Origin: an uncultured Actinomycetes bacterium
Lineage (GTDB): Bacteria; Actinomycetota; Acidimicrobiia; IMCC26256; PALSA-610
Reading direction: 5' to 3'
DNA length: 64,000 bases
Assembly: GCA_963841195.1 (NCBI GenBank)
Contig: CAWJBX010000014.1
Span: 335,914 to 399,913, forward strand
In this document: positions 56,213 to 64,000 of the stretch, in pieces
How positions within the stretch are numbered: position 1 is the first letter of the stretch
How the letters are laid out: each line of letters starts with the position of its first letter
Program-made: the position numbers and the translations under genes
Notes under the pieces: generated by a model
Told to the model about the DNA's origin: nothing
What the model saw: only the letters and a program-made list of their open reading frames with translations
Database searches by the model: none

Positions 56213-57308
56213 AGCGGCCGCCTTCGGCTCCGTCGGGCGACGCGAGCATCGCGTCGGCGCCCAGAATCTCGGCGCTGATGCGCGCCGCCGCCTTGACGAT
56301 GCGGGTCTGCGCGATCTTGCCGAGGTTGGCGATCGTTGCGCCGCCGCCCTTCTTCGCTTCGGCCTTGGCGCGCTGCGCGTTCCACTGACCGAGCTTCGAA
56401 TACGAGTACAACCGCGCGAGCTCTTGGCGGATGTGCGGGTCGTGGTTGCGTTCCTGCGACGTTGCGAGTCGCGACAGGTCGGCGAAGTTCACGATGAGAT
56501 TGCCGCCGGGCTCGGGATCGCGCGCTGCGTCGCCCGCGCGGCGGCCGAGGAAGTTGCCCTTCGGTCCGGGCACGGGGAAGCCCGCGTGCGCGCCGCCCGC
56601 GCCGATGCCCGAACGCTCGTAGAACAACGTCGTCTGGGTCACCGCCCAACCGTTTCCTGCGCCGCCGATGAGGTCGGCGTCGTCGACCTCGGCCTCGTCG
56701 AAGAACACTTCGTTGAAGACCGCATCGCCGGTCATCTCCCGCAACGGACGAATCGTCACGCCCGGTTGGTCGAGCTTGAACGCGAACCACGAAATCCCGG
56801 CGTGCTTCGGCACGTCGAAGTCGGTGCGCGCCAGCAGCATCCCGTGGTCGCACTCGCGAGCCATGCTGCTCCACACCTTCTGACCGCTGATGATCCAGCG
56901 GTCACCGTCGCGCACGGCGCGTGTCGAAAGCCCCGCGAGGTCGGAGCCGAATCCGGGTTCGCTGAAGAGCTGGCACCAGTTGAACTGCCCTTCGAGGATC
57001 GGCGGTACGTGGCGCGCGATCTGCTCCGGGGTTCCGTGCGTGAGAATCGTCGGCGCGGCCATGAGCAACCCCAGCCCACCCGGCGGCCGCAACGCGCCGT
57101 ACTCCGCAAACGCGGCGCGCACGGTGTTTGCCGCCGTCCGGTGCAAGCCCCGGCCGCCTTGTTCGACGGGGAAGTGCGGTGCCGTCCAGCCCGCCTGCCC
57201 GACGATCTGCCACCACTCGTCGACGGTCAAATCGGGATCCCAGTGCTCGTCGAGCCAGCCGCGGACTTCTTCGTGCAGCATGTCGGATTCCGTCAGGTCG
57301 CGTGCCAT
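56049..57308 (-). CDS. Acyl-CoA dehydrogenase
   Basis: WCQLFSEPG.GSDLA, FNEVF, SIYGGSDEIQRN. Confidence 0.93.
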   Translation of the reverse strand: MARDLTESDMLHEEVRGWLDEHWDPDLTVDEWWQIVGQAGWTAPHFPVEQGGRGLHRTAANTVRAAFAEYGALRPPGGLGLLMAAPTILTHGTPEQIARHVPPILEGQFNWCQLFSEPGFGSDLAGLSTRAVRDGDRWIISGQKVWSSMARECDHGMLLARTDFDVPKHAGISWFAFKLDQPGVTIRPLREMTGDAVFNEVFFDEAEVDDADLIGGAGNGWAVTQTTLFYERSGIGAGGAHAGFPVPGPKGNFLGRRAGDAARDPEPGGNLIVNFADLSRLATSQERNHDPHIRQELARLYSYSKLGQWNAQRAKAEAKKGGGATIANLGKIAQTRIVKAAARISAEILGADAMLASPDGAEGGRFSASMVFSPASSIYGGSDEIQRNIVAEKGLGLPRDEMPGKGQPYGEFLRSLRPS

Positions 57309-57314
57309 GTCACC

Positions 57315-58107
57315 TCAGAAGTCGGTGCCACCGTCGACGTTGATCAGCGCGCCCGTCACGTAGGCGGCGCGCTCGGAGAGCAAGAACGCAATCACGTCGC
57401 CGACCTCTTCCGGCCGCCCGGCCCGGCCGAGCGCGACGTGCATCCCCCACTCTTCGGTCATCACGCGTTCGAGCGCTTCTTCTTCGGGCCAGCCGCGATC
57501 GCGCGCGATCGCAACCCGCATCGAAGCGAGGATCTCGGTTTCGGTCGCGCCCGGACATACGCAGTTGGCGCGCACGCCCTGGGCTCCGAACGACTTGGCG
57601 ACCGTCTTCGTAAAGGTCGCGACGCCCGCTTTCAGCGACGCGTACGGCGCCTGATGCGGCTTCGGCGCGCGCACCGAGTACGCCGCGGTTGTGACGATCG
57701 ATCCACCGCCACCATCGACGAGGTGCGGCACCGCGGCACGACACGCGCGCACGGTCGCGAGCAGAACGTCGTTGAACGTTTCGGTCCAGTCGACGTCGGA
57801 AGAGTTGAGGAGGGCGCGCTGACCCCGGATGCCAAGCCCGGTCGTGACCGCGACACCTCGGATCGCTCCGAACTGTTGTTGCGCGGCGTCGAGCGCGCTT
57901 TCGGCTTCGCCTTCGACGCACAGATCCGCAGTCGAGCGCGATCGCGCGATCACCCAACGACTGCGCGGCCGCGGCACCGCGTTCGAGATCACGACCGACG
58001 AGTGCAACCGCCGCACCTTCGGCCGCGAGCGCGCGCGCCGCGGCAAAACCGATGCCGCGCGTGCCGCCGAAGAGAACGTACGCGTGGTCGCGGACGCCGA
58101 GGTCCAT
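57315..58107 (-). CDS. SDR oxidoreductase (frameshift near 57935)
   Basis: GGTRGIG in one frame; YASLK, NCVCPG, VDGG in another. Confidence 0.88.
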
Positions 58108-58110
58108 CGG

Positions 58111-58980
58111 TCAGGACGGCTCGGGCACGTCGAAGTGCTCGTCGCGCAGTTCGAACGCGCGCTTGGTGCCGTGCTGGGCGCGAACCTTCACGAAGTTGAA
58201 CTCGTCGTCTTCGAACTGCAGATTCGTTCCGTACGCGTGGAAGAGATAACTCGCAACCTCTTCGCCGTTGTACGCCTGCAGCTGTTCGACGAGCCGGAAC
58301 GCTTCCTTCGCCATGACCAAACCGTCGGCCGGCATCTTGGCGACCTTCTCCGCGTACCACGCCGCGCGCGGCGCGACGTCGGCGTCGTCGACGACTTCCG
58401 TGAAGATGCCGAGATGCTCGATCTCCGCTGCGGGAATCGTGTCGCCCGTGAGCAACAAGCGGCGCGCGAGCACCGGGCCAAGACGATGAAAGAACATGTG
58501 CAGCGAACCGAGCGCGGGCCCGAGGAAACGCGTGGCCGGCATGCCGATCTGGGTGTCGCGTGCGACAACCGCGACGTCGGCCATCAGTGCAAGCTCGAGG
58601 CCGCCACCGAGTGCGAAGCCGCGCACCTCGGCCACCGTGACCTTCGGATAACCCATCAAGTCGTGGTAGAACGCGAACGATTTCCGGTCGACCGCCAGGC
58701 GGCGGCGTTGGCTCGGCCGCCGACGACGGCCGTCACCATTCCCCTTCGACTCGTACCACGTGTACGCGTTCGCCATGTCGGCGCCCGTGGAAAACACGCC
58801 ACCTTCACCGCGCAGCACCACGACCTTGATTTCGTCGTCGAACGCGAGGTCGTCGAGAAAGGCCCCGAGTTGCTCGCGCATCGGCGGGTCGTAACAGTTG
58901 CGGCGATCGGGATTGTTGATCGTGATGCGCGCGATTCCCGTTGCGTCGTCGCGCTCCAGAAGAACACGGGGATCGCTCAC
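58111..58980 (-). CDS. Enoyl-CoA hydratase/isomerase family
   Basis: FSTGADM, GGGLELAL. Confidence 0.9.
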   Translation of the reverse strand: MSDPRVLLERDDATGIARITINNPDRRNCYDPPMREQLGAFLDDLAFDDEIKVVVLRGEGGVFSTGADMANAYTWYESKGNGDGRRRRPSQRRRLAVDRKSFAFYHDLMGYPKVTVAEVRGFALGGGLELALMADVAVVARDTQIGMPATRFLGPALGSLHMFFHRLGPVLARRLLLTGDTIPAAEIEHLGIFTEVVDDADVAPRAAWYAEKVAKMPADGLVMAKEAFRLVEQLQAYNGEEVASYLFHAYGTNLQFEDDEFNFVKVRAQHGTKRAFELRDEHFDVPEPS

Positions 58981-59038
58981 GAGATCGCCTTCCACCAGTG
59001 TCGTCCACGTTGCGACCGCACGGTTGCGACCCTACACT

Positions 59039-59055
59039 TTATATCTAGATATTTC
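59039..59055. promoter_or_regulatory. TAGAT operator copy 4
   Basis: ttatatctagatatttc with perfect core ATATCTAGATAT, immediately after a TACACT -10. Confidence 0.7.
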
Positions 59056-59084
59056 TACAGCGGACGCCGGTCGGGAGGCCTCGC

Positions 59085-59894
59085 GTGACCGGAACAACCG
59101 TTGACGGTGTCGCGATTTCTCACGACGAAGACGTGCTCCGCATCGTGCTCGACCGCCCGAGCCGCAAGAACGCGCTCGACCCGCCCGCGATTGCGCGCGT
59201 TGTCAACGCGCTCGAGCGCGCCGCGACCGACGACGCGTTGCGCGTCATCGTCGTGTCGAGCGCGAGTGCTGATTTCTGCGCCGGCGCCGATTGGGTCGCG
59301 ACGAACCGCGCGGGCGACACCGCACGGCCGCGCACGGGCAGCATCCAACGCCGCACGCCGTTGCAAGCACATCGTTTGATCGCACTGCTTCTGGAAGTGC
59401 AGCTGCCGGTCGTGTGCGCGGTGCGCGGATGGGCCGCCGGGCTTGGTTGCCAGCTCGCGCTCGCGGGCGACTTCACCATCGCAACGGAATCGAGCCAGCT
59501 TTGGGAGCCGTTTCTCGATCGCGGGTTCACACCCGACAGCGGCGCGACCTGGCTGCTCCCCCGCCTCGTCGGCATCGCACGCGCGAAAGAGTTGCTGCTG
59601 CTCGGCCGCAAACTCACCGGCAGGGAAGCCGCCGAATGGGGGCTGATCCTCCGTGCTGTGCCCGACGACGAACTCGACGCGGCGGTTGACGCGCTCGTCA
59701 CGCAGCTGCGGCAACGGCCCACGGTCGCGCTCGGCCTTACGAAGCGATGCATCCAGCGCGGTCTCGACTCCTCACTCGCGGATGCGATGGAGGCCGAGGC
59801 GAACGCGCTCGAACTCAGCTCGCGCAGCCCGGACTTCAAAGAGGGACTGGCCGCGTTCCAAGAAAAGCGCCCGGCGCGCTTCGTTGGCCGGTAG
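59085..59894 (+). CDS. Enoyl-CoA hydratase/isomerase family
   Basis: FCAGAD, GFTPDSG, F.EKR.ARF.GR. Confidence 0.92.
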   Translation: MTGTTVDGVAISHDEDVLRIVLDRPSRKNALDPPAIARVVNALERAATDDALRVIVVSSASADFCAGADWVATNRAGDTARPRTGSIQRRTPLQAHRLIALLLEVQLPVVCAVRGWAAGLGCQLALAGDFTIATESSQLWEPFLDRGFTPDSGATWLLPRLVGIARAKELLLLGRKLTGREAAEWGLILRAVPDDELDAAVDALVTQLRQRPTVALGLTKRCIQRGLDSSLADAMEAEANALELSSRSPDFKEGLAAFQEKRPARFVGR

Positions 59895-59910
59895 CGAGGA
59901 GACTGCGCCG

Positions 59911-60715
59911 ATGGAGTACGAGTCGATTCGCTACGAGGTCGAGGACCGCGTCGCCACCATCACGCTGAACCGGCCCGAGCAACTCAACGCGCTGAGCCCC
60001 GCAATGATTCGCGAGTTGCGCGACGCGTACGACGCGCGCCGAGGCCGACGCCGGTGTCTGGCTCGTGCTCGTCACCGGGAACGGGCGCGCGTTCTGCGCC
60101 GGAGCCGACGTGTCCGAGATCCCCGACGACGGTCGCGTCGTCTACGACGAGCCGTACCTGTCGACGAACGACCAGTGGGAAGCGCCCCAAGAGGGCACGC
60201 CGCCGTTTCGCACCACGACCAAGCCAATTCTCGTGGCGGTCAACGGGCTGTGCTGCGGGGCCGGTCTCGATTGGGTTACCACCGGCGACATCGTGATCGC
60301 ATCCGACCAAGCAACCTTCTTTGATCCGCACGTCAGCATCGGGCTTGTTGCCGGGCGCGAGATGGCTCGGCTCGCGCGCGTGCTCCCGACGAACATCGCG
60401 TTGCGCGTCGCGCTCACGGGCAAGCACGAACGCATGACTGCGCAGCGCGCGTACGAACTCGGCATGGTGTCAGAGGTCGTGGAACACGAACAATTGCTCG
60501 AACGCGCGCGCGCGATTGCGGCCATGGTGAATCGCAACGCCCCGCTCGCCGTACGCGGCACCCGGCTCGCGATTCGGCGCGGGCTCGACCTCCCGCTGCA
60601 CGAGGCAGAAATCATGGCGGAAGCGTTCCGGGAACGAGTCGTGCGCACTGCCGACGCGAAGGAAGGCCCGCAAGCGTTCCTCGAAAAGCGCGACCCGGTC
60701 TGGCGGTGCGAGTGA
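59911..60715 (+). CDS. Enoyl-CoA hydratase/isomerase family (frameshift near 60035)
   Basis: ITLNRPEQLNA, then AFCAGADV, FDPHVSIG. Confidence 0.9.
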
Positions 60716-61494
60716 TGACGCAGTTCGAAACGATCCTCTACGAAACCGCGGCCGATCACGTCGCAACGATCACGCTCAACCGGCCCGATGTGCTGAACGC
60801 GTTCAACCGGACGATGTGCCACGAGATGCGCGCCGCGTGGCACGCGGTGAAAGACGACCCCGACGTGCACGCGGTCGTGCTGCGCGCCGCCGGCGACCGC
60901 GCGTTCTGCGCCGGCCTCGACACGAAGCAGCCATACGGCCAACCCGACGACGTTTGGAATCACGAAGATCCCGGCGAGCTGCTCAGCCCGAAATGGCAAC
61001 AGGTGTGGAAGCCCGTCGTCTGCGCGGTGCATGGCATCTGCACCGCGGGCGCGTTCTACTTTGTCAACGAGTCCGACATCGTGATCTGTTCGGACGACGC
61101 GATGTTCTTCGACTCGCATGTCACGTACGGTCTCGTTTCGGCGTTGGAGCCGGTCGGGCTCATGCGCAAGATCGGGCTCGGCGAGACGCTGCGCATCGCG
61201 CTCTCCGGCAACGACGAGCGCGTCACCGCCGCGACGGCGTTGCGCATCGGTCTCGTCACCGAGGTGGTCGCGCGCGATGCGTTGTGGGCGCGTGCGCACG
61301 AAATCGCGGCCGGCATCGCCCGCAAACCGAGTTCCGCAACCCAAGGAACCGTGCGCGCGATCTGGGAGTCGCTCGATCGCCCCTATCGCGCCGCGATGCA
61401 GCAAGGACTCATCTACACGCGGCTCGGCAACCCGATCGGCCAACGCGAGGTCGCGGAGCATGGCGCCGACCGTCCCGAGCCGAGGTTGCGTTGA
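60715..61494 (+). CDS. Enoyl-CoA hydratase/isomerase family
   Basis: ITLNRPDVLNA, AFCAGLD, FDSHVTYG. Confidence 0.92.
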   Translation: MTQFETILYETAADHVATITLNRPDVLNAFNRTMCHEMRAAWHAVKDDPDVHAVVLRAAGDRAFCAGLDTKQPYGQPDDVWNHEDPGELLSPKWQQVWKPVVCAVHGICTAGAFYFVNESDIVICSDDAMFFDSHVTYGLVSALEPVGLMRKIGLGETLRIALSGNDERVTAATALRIGLVTEVVARDALWARAHEIAAGIARKPSSATQGTVRAIWESLDRPYRAAMQQGLIYTRLGNPIGQREVAEHGADRPEPRLR

Positions 61495-62973
61495 CAACGC
61501 GCATCGACCGGTCGCCACTCAGTGATCGCATCTCGCGCGTTCTGGCGATCAATCCTTCGGCGCCCGCACTCGAGTACGAAGGGGTGTGGCACAGCTGGCG
61601 GGAGCTCGGGGCGAGCGCCGACGCGGTTGCCGAAGTGGTCGAGCCCGGCGAACGGGTGGCCGTCTTGTTGCGGAACCGGCCGCAGCACATTGGCCTCGTG
61701 CTCGGACTCCTGCGCGCGGGCGCGTGCGTCGTGACCGCGAATCCCGAGCGCGGCGACGCACGGGTGCGCAGCGATCTCGAGGCGCTCGGCGTCGGGACGA
61801 TTGCGGGAGAGCGCGACGACCTCAACGCCTATGCACCGAAGGTTCGCTGGTTGGCGAGCGACGCGCTCGGCGCGGTCGACGTCGCCGGTGACACGCCGGT
61901 CGACACACGCGCCGCGTCGAATCTTCGGCCTGGTATCGCGGTCGAGATGCTCACGAGCGGTACGACCGGCCCGCCGAAGCGCGTGCCCCTGACGTACGAA
62001 ACGCTCCTCGCGCGTGCTCGACGGCGCCAAGCACTACGAACGGAACACCGACGCGACCGTCAAACTTCGCAGCGGCGTCATCATCGTGAACTCACCGATG
62101 GTCCACCTCGGCGGGTTGTTCCGGCTGCTGCAGTGCGTCAACGACGGCCGCGCCTTCTGCCTGCTCGAGAAGTTCCGTGTCGACGAGTGGATCGATGCCG
62201 TCCGCCGTCACCAACCTCGAACGGTGAGCCTCGTGCCCGCGGCGTTGCGCATGGTGCTCGATGCCGATCTCGAACGCGCCGACTTCGCAAGTGTCCGTTC
62301 GGTGATCTGCGGTACGGCACCGCTGTCACCCGACGACGCCGACGCGTTCTTCGAGAAGTACGGCGTTCCCGTGCTGATCGCGTACGCGGCAACCGAGTTT
62401 GGCGGCGGCGTCGCGGGGTGGAACCTCGCCGACCACGAACAGTTTTGGAAAACGAAACGGGGCAGCGTCGGGCGCGCCCATCCTGGTTGCGAACTGCGCG
62501 TGGTCGACAGCGAAACGGGCCGGCAACTTCCGCCCAACGAGAACGGGCTCCTCGAAGTCAAGGCGCGCCAGATGGGTGACGCTACCGGCTGGGTCCGCAC
62601 GACTGACCTGGCGCGCATCGACGAAGACGGCTTCGTCTGGATCCTCGGGCGCGCCGATCAAGCGATCATTCGGGGCGGCTTCAAGGTCCAGCCCGACGAC
62701 GTGCGCGCCGCGCTCGAGCGCGATCCACGCGTGCGGGGCGCGGCGGTTGTCGCGCGCGCCGACGCCCGACTCGGGTCGGTGCCGGTCGCGGCGGTCGAGT
62801 TGCGTCCCGACGTTCGCGACGTCTCGGCCGACGATCTTCTTGCCGAGGCCGCAACGGTGCTGGCTCGCTACGAACTGCCGGCCGAAGTGCGCATCGTCGA
62901 CGAACTCCCCCGCACGCCGGCGGGCAAACCCGACCTCGCGGCCGTACGCGCGCTGTTCGGAGTCATCTCGTGA
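61491..62973 (+). CDS. Class I adenylate-forming enzyme (frameshift near 62012)
   Basis: TSGTTGPPK, YAATE, TTDLA, RGGFKV, AGKPD. Confidence 0.88.
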
Positions 62974-63609
62974 CCGAGCGGTGGACATTCGGCGTCGAAC
63001 CGACCGAGCAGATGCTCGAACTGGCGCCGTTGCTGCGCCGGGTGTGCAGTCTCGCGTTGACACTCGAACACAACGATCCTGCGCTCGCGCAACTGATCGG
63101 CGAGCTTCGCGCGGCCGAACGCACGCTGGCCGCGATCGCACCGGATGACGTGACACCGCGTTTGGGTGAACATCCGCGGCCCGAACTCCGCGCGTACATC
63201 GACCACTCACGCGACATCGGCGCGTACAACGCGGTGTTCCCCGAGTACGCGATCACGGTCGACGGCGACCGCGCGCACGGAACCGTCGACGTTCCCGCTC
63301 GCCTTCGAAGGTCCCCCCGGCATCGTGCACGGCGGATTCCTCGCGACGTTCTTCGATTGCGCGATCCAACATCACAATTGCGATGTGGGTGTCGCCGGGA
63401 AGACAACATCGTTGGCGCTCGAATTCCGGCGCCCGGCACCGATCGCGTCGGAGCTGCAGTTCGAAATCGAACGCGCGACCGACGCGCGCCGCATCACCTC
63501 GCACGCCCGCCTGACGCACGGCGAAGAATTGTTGTGCACGGCCATGATGGAAGCCGTCGCCGGCAATCGCGATCGACTTCCGCGCGTATCGCCGCGGAGA
63601 CCGGAGTGA
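62970..63609 (+). CDS. PaaI/hotdog thioesterase-like protein (frameshift near 63293)
   Basis: FEGPPGIVHGG.LA.FFD, LEFRRP. Confidence 0.82.
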
Positions 63610-64000
63610 CCGCAGCAGTTGTCGACGCGGGCGACGACCTCCCCCTCACGCTCCCGTCGCTCCTGCACGACCGCGCGTCGGCGCGCGACGACCACGCGTG
63701 GCTGATCTGCGACGACGATGTCCTGACGTATACGGAGGCCGAAGCCCGCTCGGCCCGACTTGCCAAGGGGCTGCTCGCATCGGGTGCCGGTCCGGGCACG
63801 CGCATCGGACTCCTGCATCCGAACAGCTCGGCATTTGTCGTGCGTGCGCTCGCCGCCATGCGCATCGGCGCGATCGCGATGCCAATCAGCACGTTTTCCA
63901 CGAGCGGCGAGTTGCACACGCTGCTCCTGCACGCCGACGTCGAAGTGCTCTTCGCGACGACAACGTTCCGGGGCCGCGACTATCGAGTCGTCGTGCACGA
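63606..64000 (+). CDS. AMP-binding enzyme, N-terminal part (runs off the window)
   Basis: TLPSLL..LTY.E...SARLAKGL..G.RIGLL.PN pattern. Confidence 0.85.
   Translation, partial: MTAAVVDAGDDLPLTLPSLLHDRASARDDHAWLICDDDVLTYTEAEARSARLAKGLLASGAGPGTRIGLLHPNSSAFVVRALAAMRIGAIAMPISTFSTSGELHTLLLHADVEVLFATTTFRGRDYRVVVH

Noticed and set aside
1-64000. tRNA, rRNA, IS, integrase, prophage, defence genes and programmed frameshifting
   Set aside because: None recognised by eye; the frameshifts lack a shared slippery motif. A covariance-model scan would be needed to exclude small RNAs

Overview
High-GC actinobacterial chromosome segment (Acidimicrobiia-like by gene content; inference) with about 66 protein genes. 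No rRNA, tRNA, CRISPR array, integrase or transposase was seen. About 15 apparent single-base frameshifts suggest an imperfectly polished long-read assembly. Three zones: (1) 1-14 kb, mixed accessory genes (YdaO/KimA-like permease, DUF4242, HD-GYP-LuxR regulator, GAF-PP2C, two-domain cupredoxin lipoprotein, sulfatase-sulfotransferase-SDR operon) plus 3' relics of topoisomerase IB and rtcB; (2) 14-29 kb, a regulatory/stress island with two large ATP-binding LuxR (LAL) regulators, each head-to-head with a paralogous uncharacterised ~130-aa gene, plus a solo LuxR HTH, SigB/F-type sigma factor, BON, USP, DipZ-like redoxin and hydrolases; (3) 38.5-64 kb, a large CoA-dependent catabolic cluster. The strongest signals read directly from the DNA are: an 18-bp box (..ACG-N6-VGKGAT) found seven times, always 21-22 nt upstream of a -10-like hexamer, defining a candidate LAL/LuxR regulon that includes the sigma factor; a separate TAGAT-centred palindromic operator at four promoters of the catabolic cluster; and a perfect spacer-less 44-bp palindrome.
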